A stretch of 59,163 nt of DNA from a virus, in IMG/VR virus record IMGVR_UViG_3300036770_001786, positions 1 through 59,163 of that record, one strand, 5' to 3'. Positions within the stretch are counted from its first letter, which is position 1, and each line of letters starts with the position of its first letter. Shown piece after piece: positions 34,139 through 43,800 of the stretch. The translations under genes and the position numbers were made by a program. Under the pieces are notes generated by a model. That model saw only the letters and a list, made by a program, of their open reading frames with translations. It was not told where the DNA came from and made no database searches.

Positions 34139-35666
34139 CTAGTTTCACCTCGTAGTCTTCAGTAATGGGCGCCATCCACACATTGATCGTTTTGCCACCG
34201 GGGATCCGGATCTTGTCGTGATCCGCGTTGCAGTCACGCCTCAGACAGGTCCACAGGTCCATGCCGGTGAGCACTTCGGCCTTGTTGCGCTTCAGAAACT
34301 CCGAGAAGGCTGTTCCCTTGAAAACGACACACCGCGTCCCGTTGATCTCCTGCACCACCGGAATGTTGCGCAAAAGCGCCTTCCGATCGGCGGTATCCTT
34401 TCCGTCCCGGGTGAGGTCGGCCTTCTGCACGAACTCCTGGAACTTGGACTGAATCACCCCTGAAGCCGACGCCTCTTTTGGTACCTCAATCACCCGCAAC
34501 CCCGGTACTAGGGGGTCGAGGATCCGCTTTCGCCACGTCTCCTGGGTCATCTTCGGGATGTTAATCTTGAGCTGTTCAAAAATCAGCGTCCCCATAGCGT
34601 TCGGATCCCGCAGCACGGTGGTGGGGATATTGGGGATTAGCGTCCCATTCACGTGCAGGCCCCACCGGGGAGGCTCGGACCGGTATTCAATAAGCTCGGT
34701 GAACTGCGGCAGCGAGTCGTGCGCGTCCAGATCCTTCATCTCGTCCATCGAGATTCCGAACTCCCGGGTTACGCAGGTCTTGCGATCGCAGAGCGACTTG
34801 CACGGCTCCTCGGCACACTTGTATAAATAGTCCCGTCTGGACGCCGACCGAATGACCTTCTTGGCCTCCGAGGGTGCCATGGGTTTATCGAACATCGTTT
34901 GATTCAGCGCCATCGCGTCGTCGAAGAAGGTCTCAGGTCTCGCCCGCTTCAGGTACACCACCACGTTGTACATGGCGTCATTGCGAGCGCCCGACTCCAC
35001 CCCCGAGTGGATCATCTTCTGAATGCAGGGTGGCGCCTCCAGGTGCTCCCGCTGGAACAGGTCTTTAAGCTCGTCCTGCGACACCCGCTTGCTCTGGGCC
35101 AACCGTATGAACAGCTCGAACGAGATCGGGTCGCCAGCCTCGTCGAACCCGTACCGCTTCGTGTCTTTCACGTCGAAGTAGCACAGGTTAATCCAGTTCC
35201 CCAGCGCCCGCTCACCCGAGGAGGTCGCCAACGCGTCCTGCTTGGGGAAAATCTCGGTCTTGTGAGGGATTTCCAGCATATCCCGCCACGAAGTGAGGAT
35301 CCGCTTTACCTGCCGAGCATTCAGATACTCCGACCCGAATAGATACAGGTGGGCGCCCCCACGCTTGGTGCGGCACATCACTAGCGGAAGCCGGTATTCC
35401 CGGATCTTCGCGGCCACGGCCTTGAAGTCAATATCCTCGGGCGACTCGTGCTTGTCGATGTCGATGGCACCAAAGATACAGGTGTCACCGTCTGTGATCG
35501 GCACGATCCCGAGGCCCATTTTGCCATTCAGGTGGTCTTCGTACGCCTGCATCGGTACTTCACCCTTATGGGTGACCATGTCGCCCGTTTTGGGGTTCCA
35601 CTCCCCATACGAACGAAGGTTTCCGGCGAACAGCGCGGCGAAGTCCTGCGATAGATTACTTGCCAT
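34110..35666 (-). CDS. Archaeo-eukaryotic-type primase (AEP/prim-pol) with a PriCT-like domain and a long C-terminal extension
   Basis: Motif I FGAIDIDKH, motif II RGGAHLYLF, and PriCT-like PPCIQKMIHSGVESGARNDAMYNVVVYL. About 220 further residues could bind DNA. Confidence 0.8.
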   Translation of the reverse strand: MASNLSQDFAALFAGNLRSYGEWNPKTGDMVTHKGEVPMQAYEDHLNGKMGLGIVPITDGDTCIFGAIDIDKHESPEDIDFKAVAAKIREYRLPLVMCRTKRGGAHLYLFGSEYLNARQVKRILTSWRDMLEIPHKTEIFPKQDALATSSGERALGNWINLCYFDVKDTKRYGFDEAGDPISFELFIRLAQSKRVSQDELKDLFQREHLEAPPCIQKMIHSGVESGARNDAMYNVVVYLKRARPETFFDDAMALNQTMFDKPMAPSEAKKVIRSASRRDYLYKCAEEPCKSLCDRKTCVTREFGISMDEMKDLDAHDSLPQFTELIEYRSEPPRWGLHVNGTLIPNIPTTVLRDPNAMGTLIFEQLKINIPKMTQETWRKRILDPLVPGLRVIEVPKEASASGVIQSKFQEFVQKADLTRDGKDTADRKALLRNIPVVQEINGTRCVVFKGTAFSEFLKRNKAEVLTGMDLWTCLRRDCNADHDKIRIPGGKTINVWMAPITEDYEVKLDEPEFKTEF

Positions 35667-35698
35667 TAACCATTCCTCTATGTTAGACTATCGGTGTG

Positions 35699-36014
35699 TG
35701 GGAACTACTTCCACACCGGAATTCTATCACACCCCCGAGTTCCGTTCAAGATCTCTTTGTTCCACCGTTCCAGCTTGACGGAACACAGATGGAACGGCCC
35801 CAAACCCCGATCGAACGCCCCAGGGACAGAACTGTTCCACTGTTACACATACGCGGGCGATGTTCTGTCAACGGAATTATGAGTTCATTCGGGGAGATGG
35901 AACGGTGGAACAATGGAACAGACTCTCGAAGCTCGGCCACCGACGCGGCCTCTGAGGCAGTCAGGCCGTTCTATATAAAGTTTATAGACATGGAACGGTG
36001 GAACAGAGAACCGG
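35699..36014. repeat. Iteron cluster B: 12 exact GGAAC/GTTCC cores, including four tandem octamer runs
   Basis: 35898-35921 TGGAACGG|TGGAACAA|TGGAACAG; 35991-36014 TGGAACGG|TGGAACAG|AGAACCGG; 35759-35774 inverted copy (tgttccaccgttccag); 35833-35848 TGTTCCAC|TGTTACAC. Single sites at 35701, 35739, 35780 and 35790. An AT-rich stretch ctatataaagtttataga lies at 35971-35988. Confidence 0.88.
35721..35749 (-). promoter_or_regulatory. Promoter of the primase operon: TTGAAC-17-TGaTAGAAT
   Basis: -35 at 35749-35744 and -10 at 35726-35721. A GTTCC core (35740-35744) overlaps the -35 hexamer and upstream end of the spacer, and an imperfect palindrome GGTGTGGAA-gtag-TTCCCACACACC (35693-35717) spans the predicted start site. 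Confidence 0.55.
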
Positions 36015-36134
36015 TCTTCCAGACGCCAACCCCCACCGGTAGAATAATAATTCCGTAACCTGGGTATACCCCTCATACGTGCGCATAAGTCGAGCAGGAG
36101 CCCACCGTGGGTACTTCCTTGCCTTCTAGGGGAG

Positions 36135-36160
36135 GGGGTAGCTACCATTATAGCCACCCC
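36135..36160 (-). terminator. 10-bp stem hairpin GGGGUGGCUA-uaaugg-UAGCUACCCC, 14 nt after the last late gene
   Basis: Read directly (one G-U pair). No U tract follows. It may mark or stabilise the 3' end of the late transcript. Confidence 0.4.
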
Positions 36161-36173
36161 ATATGCGAGAGCC

Positions 36174-38201
36174 TTACGGAGCTATGCCGAGGGGCATCGA
36201 GAGCGGGTTCTCCGCTCCGGGGTACTGAGGCTTGATGTCGCGGGCACCCGCTTGCTGTCCTGCAACAGTAGCACCTACGTTAGCGAGTCCTGACTGGCGC
36301 ATTAACTGCTGCTCCTCAGCTTTAAGGCTTCCCAAAATGCCGGTGATGACCTGATCCACCTGACTGGTGGGGGTGAGCAGCTTTTGCGCGGTGGGCGTCG
36401 CCACGCGGGAAGGCATCCCAGTGACTGCAGGGAGAGCAGCACGAGCGGTTTCGATAGCACCCGTGACCGGCGAGCCCGACAGGAAGGCGCGAGCAGCGCC
36501 CACCCCACTGGCCCGAGGTTCGAGGTCGGTGTCCATAGGCGAGCGTCGGAATCCGGTCTTCTCGGTCTCCAGCATCCGTTGCTCGTTGAGCAGCCGTTGC
36601 TTGAATTCGTCGAAGGCAGCATCATCACGAAAGGCACGACGGATCTTGGCCTCGGCGTCACGACCAAAAATGGTCTTGTAAGGGTCAGCGGCGGGACCCG
36701 CGACACGAGCACGCTCCAGCATCGCTTGCGCAATACCGGCCCGGAAGGCATCATACTCGGAGGGATTAGTTTTAAAGCGCTCGATGAACTTGCGCATCTC
36801 GGGTTCGGCCATCTTGTAGATGTTCCGGCCCTCTTCCATCGCGGTGATCATCTCGGAGTCGCCGGCGTATACCTGACGGGCAGTACGATAGGCGGGTGAA
36901 CTCTTCTCCATTTCGGCAAGGAGATCCCGCTTCATATCCAGCAGTCGGCTCGCCTCATTCCCGCGACCGGCACGCATAGCCTCATTGATCATATCGTCAA
37001 GGCGCAGTTTCGTGTGGTGCAGACCCTTCAGAATATTTGCCGGGTCATTCGGGTTCAGCCCCTCGTCCTGCAACGCTTTCAGCCCACCCTTCATCGCCTC
37101 CTTGAAGGAAGGCATCTCGCTCAGTCGGGCGAGTCCTGGGTTCGTCTGTGGCGAGAATGGGGTGGCGGTACTCCAGGCCTGCTTGTAGAGAGCGTCGGCG
37201 TCTTTGCTCCGTTGACGAATCAGGTCCTGCACGTCCGTGTAGAAGTCTTTGCTCCCGGACATGAGCTGTCGCATGTCTTCCGAGATCCGATCAGTACGAC
37301 CCGCCTCACGCGCCGCAAGTTCACCTTTCGCGCCCATCCGGGCTTGGCCGGGTGCCGCCGTTGCACGACGCAAAAGGGTACGGGTATTCTCACCCACGTC
37401 GGCGAGCGTGAGTTCGTTTCGGTTCAGCCGCTGCAGCATCGCGTTGGCCTGATCGGGCGTATACCCGTCTTTAGCGAGCGCCTGTGCGATTGCAACATCG
37501 GCCATGCGGTCAGCATCCCCGAACCCAAGCGCACTTTTCAGCGCCTTGAATGCCGGTGCTATGGCGTATTTACCCACCACACCTAGGCCCAGAGTGGTAG
37601 CACCACCGGCAGTCGCCCCCTGCAATGCTTCCTCGAAGGTCTCGGCCAGGGGTTTATCGGATGTACCGACTGCGGACAGGGCTCCCGACCCCGTACCCAG
37701 GGCGGTCGTGCGAGCGATCGAGGGCTGAGTTCCTGCCATCTTGGTAGCTACTTTGGGCAGTGCCGTACGAGCAGCACTCGGCAGAAGCGTGGCACCACCG
37801 GTGACCAGTGCGGGCGCGATGGCCCCACCGATCTCGGCGATCTGGGAAGACACCGGGTTCGCCTCGGCGAACTTCCGTAGACCCTCACGTTCGGCTTTTA
37901 ACAAATCTTCGTATTCACCACCACCCATAGCAGAGCGTAGGCGGGCGATGGCCTCATCGGAGAATCCAAAGGAAAGTCCTTGGAGCGCCTGCCCCCCATA
38001 ACCGGGCAGCAAAGCTTCGGGTCGAGCCGCAGGGGGTTTACCCACACTCGTGGAGGCGGCAGGCTTTGTGGCAGCAGCGACGTCAGGTTCAGCACCGCGA
38101 CTAGCCTCGGCCTGCTTGCGAGCGACAAATGACTCGATCACCTCGGGCTTGGTTCCCGGGTCGAATTCGTACACTACACCGTTGATTACTCGGGTGGTCA
38201 T
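36174..38201 (-). CDS. Internal virion/ejection protein candidate (675 aa)
   Basis: Ala/Gly-rich helical protein, last of a block of four large genes downstream of the nozzle-like gene. I recognise no enzymatic motif. Confidence 0.6.
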   Translation of the reverse strand: MTTRVINGVVYEFDPGTKPEVIESFVARKQAEASRGAEPDVAAATKPAASTSVGKPPAARPEALLPGYGGQALQGLSFGFSDEAIARLRSAMGGGEYEDLLKAEREGLRKFAEANPVSSQIAEIGGAIAPALVTGGATLLPSAARTALPKVATKMAGTQPSIARTTALGTGSGALSAVGTSDKPLAETFEEALQGATAGGATTLGLGVVGKYAIAPAFKALKSALGFGDADRMADVAIAQALAKDGYTPDQANAMLQRLNRNELTLADVGENTRTLLRRATAAPGQARMGAKGELAAREAGRTDRISEDMRQLMSGSKDFYTDVQDLIRQRSKDADALYKQAWSTATPFSPQTNPGLARLSEMPSFKEAMKGGLKALQDEGLNPNDPANILKGLHHTKLRLDDMINEAMRAGRGNEASRLLDMKRDLLAEMEKSSPAYRTARQVYAGDSEMITAMEEGRNIYKMAEPEMRKFIERFKTNPSEYDAFRAGIAQAMLERARVAGPAADPYKTIFGRDAEAKIRRAFRDDAAFDEFKQRLLNEQRMLETEKTGFRRSPMDTDLEPRASGVGAARAFLSGSPVTGAIETARAALPAVTGMPSRVATPTAQKLLTPTSQVDQVITGILGSLKAEEQQLMRQSGLANVGATVAGQQAGARDIKPQYPGAENPLSMPLGIAP

Positions 38202-39808
38202 CGTACTTGTTCCCTTCCATTGGGGTCGACTTTAACCCGTGGTGCGGTGAAATAGGTGCGGTAGTCGACACGATTCGGATTCAGACGGGCGGCGCCAGTC
38301 TTCGGATCTTTATACATAATCGGATTCGCGTCGAGATATTCACGCCACTTAGCCTGTGCATGTGGTCCGAGTACCCCGTTCACCGCCGCATAATTCGACA
38401 TATACTCAGCATAGTCCTTGTCGCGTTTGCGTTGCTCCAATAGGAACTCGATAATGACTTTATTCGCTTCGGGCTGTTTACCCGAACTGAAGGTCCCCAA
38501 TCGCATGAAGGCTAAGTCAGCATTGGACACGTTGGAATCGGACGGCATCCTGTTAGCTTTCGCGGCCAGCGAGGCTAGGGCGTCGAATTCGTCGAATAGC
38601 GTTTTGTCACCTGAAAGTGCCTTAGCGGTGGTACCTATACCCATCGGCAGATCATAGCGCATCCCGGTGCGTAGCTGTTCGTTTAGGGCTTGCGCCCGGG
38701 TGAGGTTATTGATGTCGGCGTCGGCTTGCTGCACATTAGGAATAATCTTCTCATTAATGAACTTCTCGGCTTCGTCGATGTCCTTCGCACGAGCGTCTGC
38801 CGCCTGCCTAACGGACATTCCTTTGTACTTAGTCTGTGGATCCACAGGAACACCTCGCTGCGCTGCGATTTCCGGAACCACGGCAGCATTACCTGCACGA
38901 CTGTTTTCATAGATCTCCTGCTGAGTGCGCAGAATGTTCGTCTTGGTGCTCTCGATCCCGAGCTGCTTGGACTGCAGTTCGAGCTGGCGCTCCTGTGCCA
39001 ACATCTGCTCGGCACGCTTGACGTCCTCAGGCTTGAGCGGGTCACCACCGAAGATCTGCAGCTTCTTGGCCACCTCGGCGTGTTCCTGACGGAATTTATC
39101 GCGCTGCAGCTCCATTCGTGCGCGCTGGACGTCCTCAGGCTTCGACAGGTCGAGTCCCAGACGAGAAGCGACCGGACGTAATGGCTCCATACCACGGGAT
39201 TCGGACATCTTGGCGGCGAAGTTCGGATCGGTGAGGGGAATACCCGATCGAGCGGCGAATTCTTTCATCTCGGGTGTGGCCTGGGTCTGTGCGTAGAGTT
39301 CTCGCGCCCGTGCCATTCCCTCCGTAGATCGTGGGTTCATACCCTCCGACATGATCTGCTTCTGAATCGCGGTCAGCTGCGGCGTTAGTTTCGACGCTAC
39401 TTGGAGCCCAAGCTTCGCGGCCTCCCGTTCTTCATTCAGTCCCGATTGTGCCAATTCGTACCGCATCCGAGCGAGTTCCCGCAGTCGCTGCTCCTCGGAT
39501 TCCTGTGCTTTCAGGTAGTTACCCGATGCAATTCCGAGGCTTTCACCAAAAGACCCCGTCCGGGTGGGGGCAAGGAATCCTTGCGCCAATGCGAGCATCT
39601 GTGGGTCTAGCCTGAATTTCCGGGTAGTAAGCGCCCCTTCCATAGCGGCGCGAGCATCATCTACGGCTTTCTTTTTAGCGAGGTATTCTTCGTTATCACC
39701 ATATACACGGCGCCCGATATCCGAAAGGGATAGGTTCGCGGTTTGGTCGATCTTGAGCAGATCAGCCAGGAATGGACTGTACGAATCGGTGTTGGTGTTA
39801 TCAGCCAT
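38198..39808 (-). CDS. Internal virion/ejection protein candidate (536 aa, coiled-coil rich)
   Basis: ORF overlaps its downstream neighbour (36174..38201) by 4 nt, and there is a 12-nt gap to its upstream neighbour (39820..40812). Charged, helical sequence. Confidence 0.6.
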   Translation of the reverse strand: MADNTNTDSYSPFLADLLKIDQTANLSLSDIGRRVYGDNEEYLAKKKAVDDARAAMEGALTTRKFRLDPQMLALAQGFLAPTRTGSFGESLGIASGNYLKAQESEEQRLRELARMRYELAQSGLNEEREAAKLGLQVASKLTPQLTAIQKQIMSEGMNPRSTEGMARARELYAQTQATPEMKEFAARSGIPLTDPNFAAKMSESRGMEPLRPVASRLGLDLSKPEDVQRARMELQRDKFRQEHAEVAKKLQIFGGDPLKPEDVKRAEQMLAQERQLELQSKQLGIESTKTNILRTQQEIYENSRAGNAAVVPEIAAQRGVPVDPQTKYKGMSVRQAADARAKDIDEAEKFINEKIIPNVQQADADINNLTRAQALNEQLRTGMRYDLPMGIGTTAKALSGDKTLFDEFDALASLAAKANRMPSDSNVSNADLAFMRLGTFSSGKQPEANKVIIEFLLEQRKRDKDYAEYMSNYAAVNGVLGPHAQAKWREYLDANPIMYKDPKTGAARLNPNRVDYRTYFTAPRVKVDPNGREQVR

Positions 39809-39819
39809 AATTCTTCCAA

Positions 39820-40812
39820 TTAGAATGGGGTATAATCACCCTCAAGATTTGGCGAAACGTAATTCGAGCTACCACTTGTATCACCGCCACCACCGAAATC
39901 AAAGTCAATGTTGCCGATCTGGCTGCCGATATAGCCGCCTAATCGACCCAGCACATCACTAAATCCTTCAATAGCGGATGTGCCCTGGGCTCCGGAGGCA
40001 AAGAGTGTGCCAAGACCGGCGATCTGCGATAACGGAGATGTGCTGTAGGCACCGGGGATCGGACCCACGGCAGTTTCAGATACGGTGGACGGGACTTTCA
40101 GATTAGAAAAGAGATTCGCCACCGTCCCTGCTGTCGCTAATGGTGCCAATAGCCTCTGTTGCTCGACATCGCGCTCGGTAGCGCCTAGATCCATCAGCGT
40201 ACGAGCTTCTCGTTCTGCTGCCTGCGATTCGAGTGCTCCTGCCTGCGAGAGGTCAAACGCCGCACCACGCTCAATCCCTGCTTGTTGCAGGGCAGCATTC
40301 ATTGCATCGGTGAAACCTTTTTGACGGAGTGCTGCCTGCTGCCCGTAAAGGTTCGCCGCCACATCTGCGCCCATCTGTCCGAGAGCGCCGGCATAGCGTT
40401 GACCACCAAGACCCCCTGAACCTACGAATGCTCCTTTAAGCGTCGGGAGCATATAGCGCTGCATATTGACCTGCTGCTGCCGCGCCATCTCGTCGATGAC
40501 GTCCTGCTCGTACCCCGACATCAGATTCTTGATGTAGTCGTTGTACAGGTCGATATTGGTCAGCCCAGTGAGGGCCTCCTGCGATGCACCCATGGGGGTG
40601 GTATATGCCCCCATCTGCTCTGGAGCAGCAGCGAGTGCCGCCGACTGCGTGGGGGATAACCCGGCAACGAGCTGTTCACCCGTCTTGTCGAGGAAAGGTG
40701 CGCCGGCCTGGGCGATGTTCTCAAGATAGTCTGTATACCACTCAGGACCAGTGGTCTCGATGTCCTTGGTGGTAGTAATATTTGGTAGTGGTTCACCTTG
40801 GGTGAGACTCAT
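39820..40812 (-). CDS. Internal virion protein candidate (330 aa)
   Basis: Gln/Ala/Gly-rich. Overlaps the upstream gene by 4 nt. Confidence 0.6.
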   Translation of the reverse strand: MSLTQGEPLPNITTTKDIETTGPEWYTDYLENIAQAGAPFLDKTGEQLVAGLSPTQSAALAAAPEQMGAYTTPMGASQEALTGLTNIDLYNDYIKNLMSGYEQDVIDEMARQQQVNMQRYMLPTLKGAFVGSGGLGGQRYAGALGQMGADVAANLYGQQAALRQKGFTDAMNAALQQAGIERGAAFDLSQAGALESQAAEREARTLMDLGATERDVEQQRLLAPLATAGTVANLFSNLKVPSTVSETAVGPIPGAYSTSPLSQIAGLGTLFASGAQGTSAIEGFSDVLGRLGGYIGSQIGNIDFDFGGGGDTSGSSNYVSPNLEGDYTPF

Positions 40813-43800
40813 TTGACGCTCCTAAGATATGCCAACGGGCTTTTTGCTTTCGGTGGGATATCTTTCAAGGATCCCGACCGTTTGTGTCTACGAATAGCTT
40901 CCCTGAATTTATCAAGCTTCTTCGCACCTTCTTTACTCGAACCATCACCGAGTGCCGCTACGATCTCGGCGTCCAAAACATACTCCCCGTCGGCTAACTG
41001 TGCAGGGATTAGATCATCCTGACCACCACCCGCCCCATTGACATAATGGGAACCCTTGTGGGGGATATCCCCATGCGACATCAAAAGTGGCGACATAGGC
41101 ATTTTATCACTCGGAGGGTCATCCTGTACAGTCCCCCCGCGCCGGTAGAATTTGAAGGTATCCGCAGGCGAGGTCTCTTTCCCGTAGGAGTAGAAGGATG
41201 CCGGGGATGCTAAATTGTCGGGGACTCCCGATGCTCTTTGAAGTGCTGAATACACGCTCGCCTCTTGTGCTTCTGGTTCTAATCCTAACAACCGTCGGAA
41301 CCCAGCGGTTGTGTCTGGTGCCGTTCTGAATAGTCCCCCCAACCATGTTTCGCCGGGAGTAGTCGGCTTGTAATCCCCACTGGCCGCAGCAGCCCCCAGG
41401 GCGCCGAGACCAAGCATATTCATGAATGTCCTCGAAGAAGAGGTCGTAACAGGCGTGCCACCACCCTCGCCAGTGCCCTCTCCTTCGCCCTCCCCGGTTC
41501 CAGTCCCGGTGCCACCGGTGCCAATACCCTCACCCTCGGTTCCGGTCCCAGTACCTGTACCCTCATCCCCACGGGCTGTACCCTCCCCCGTTCCTCCCGG
41601 AGTTCCGGTACCTTCCCCACCACCCGGGACCGTTCCGCTTTCGCCACCACCCGGTTGTTCCCCGGTTCCGAATCCACCCGCGCTTGGTGCGCCGGTTCCG
41701 GTCGGAGATCCAGATGGAGTTCCCGGCTCGCCCGCCGTACTTGTTGGCGAGGAGGGTGGTGCCGACGGCTGGGCCGTAGGTACTTCGGGCGCCGGGGTCG
41801 TGGTTAATGGCAGGTTCGAGCCGGTGTCCGTTGATGGACCGGTCGTAGTCGATGTAGATGTTGTCCCCGACGTTTGTGGCACGCTCGGAGTCGTTGTTGG
41901 TGTTCCGGCAATCTCGGGCGTGGTCAAGTCTGCTTGAGGCGTCGTCGTAGAGGGTTCGGAGACTTGAGTTCCAGGAGATGGTGTGGCATCCCCCGGTGTG
42001 CCTTCACGGCCACCGGCAGAACCTTCCGCACCAGCTGCAGCACCACCGGACGTCTCACCCTCCTTTTTCGCTATTTCTTTAGCGATATCCGGGGGAGCTT
42101 TTGACGCATCAACCTCCTGCATCACCGTGGTCTTGGTGGCTGGATCCTGATAGAGTTCAATATAGGTCGGTACTGGCTCGGGCGTCTTCGGCACCAACAC
42201 CTGCCGATCGGGAAGCAGCAGCAACGAGTAAATCTTACCACCCACGTCGACGACGTCATTTGTTCCGGTCTGCGAGGCCCGCGCGACGAGTGACCACGTG
42301 GTTTCCTGTGGATTGCCTGCCCCCATACCTCCTGCGGGGTTGAATATAGCTCGGTTTTGCCCTTCGGGGCCACCCTCACCTGACGTCAAGAAGTTAAACA
42401 GTGTAGTATAGGACGGTGGGGTTGTGGTTTCCGCCACCGGACTCGAATCCACCGGGGGCGGTGCACCCGTTCCAGCCCCGGTTGCCCCTGTACCCGTTCC
42501 CGTTCCAGCGCCTGTACCTGTACCTGTTCCAGCACCCGTCCCTGAGTCAATGGGCGGTAGAGTGGCTGGAACGTTACTTCTGATCACACCACTACTATCG
42601 AATCCAGTGACTCTATCGGACTCGGCCTGCCGTTCGGTTATGATCTCACCTGCGTTTTCGATATCATAATACGTGATACCATACATGGGTGAGTATTCGA
42701 TCATGTACCTGTACGGGGTACCATCGCTCTTATACCCATTCACATACCGATAAGACACCTCGAAGGGTTCGAACTGTCCCTCCGGAGGTAAATTCGGATC
42801 GGGACGGATCACCACATTTTGCTCTTCTTTGTACATTGTCTCGCCAATGGTGGGTGCCACTAGCTTGCTTATGTCGGGGGTCACCACTATTGGGGGTAAC
42901 ATCTGTTCGCCCCCAGGCGTGGTTGCCTGCACCAATTGATATGGATCTTTCGGAAGCTCAATATCTGGGCGCGCCGCCACCTCCTCGATCTTTGACAGCA
43001 AATCCGAATCGGTTGTCGGCGTCTGCGCTACTGCCCCGATCAGCTTCTCAAGTGCGGGGTCGCCATAACCGACTTCAATGATTGAGTACGGCGCATTACG
43101 ATGCTTGCTACCGGTCACCAGCTCGTATTCTTGGTAGGACATTTTACGCCCTTGCGGGTAGGCGCTATCTATATAATACACATCCCCATCTGAGTATTCA
43201 CGAATCGACCGATTCCCCCAGTCATAGGTCTTTGTACCACCCGTACTTGCATCGAACAGAGGAGATGATTTATCCCGAGCTGCAGTAAATCCTGCAACCA
43301 TTTGATTATAATCGCTGCCGGTTATTCTTTCGAACTCTTCAGGGGTTAACTTGGTTTTATTCCCTTCCGCATCAGTCTGCACCAGATCCGGAGTGATGGT
43401 AACGCTGTTGTTCATCCACATTGGCTGATTCACGTCCACACCACTACTGACTAACCGGTCGCGCCGTTCTGTGTAGTCTTGATCCCTTTGGAACGCATTT
43501 TCCGCTGCTTGATAAGCTACCGAAAGCGGCGCACCACTGGTGATTGATTCTAAATAAGCTTGCACTGCTACATCGGATTTTGAAAGATCCTCACCAATCA
43601 TTTCTCGGGGGTCGATGGCTTGAATAGCTGTGACGAGAGCATCTTCGGTGAGATTATAAATCTCCATACCCTCTTCTGCTATTAAGTCATAATAGGGCTC
43701 GGTCATCTTCCATACGGCTTCGAGTTCGGTGTTGTATGCATCGAACTGTCCTTTAGCCGCGTTGTACTCATCCCAAAACCCTTTGTCCTCAAGTGTTTGC

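Noticed and set aside
35699-36014. The possibility that the repeat arrays are a CRISPR array or a sigma54 promoter (TGGCAC-N5-TTGC resemblance).
   Set aside because: The repeat unit is only 8 bp, without spacers of CRISPR size, and occurs in both orientations. The GG/GC spacing and sequence do not fit the -24/-12 consensus.
36147-36152. A TATAAT on the coding strand downstream of the last late gene.
   Set aside because: It has no -35 and no TGn, and it lies inside the stem-loop of the 36135-36160 hairpin. It is more likely structural than a promoter.
35696-36157. ORFs 35696..36058 (+), 35746..35940 (-) and 35885..36157 (-) containing repeated MERWN / FHRS peptides.
   Set aside because: The repeated peptides are simply translations of the TGGAACGGTGGAACA iterons. 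The region has no RBS and contains a promoter and hairpins, so I treat it as non-coding.
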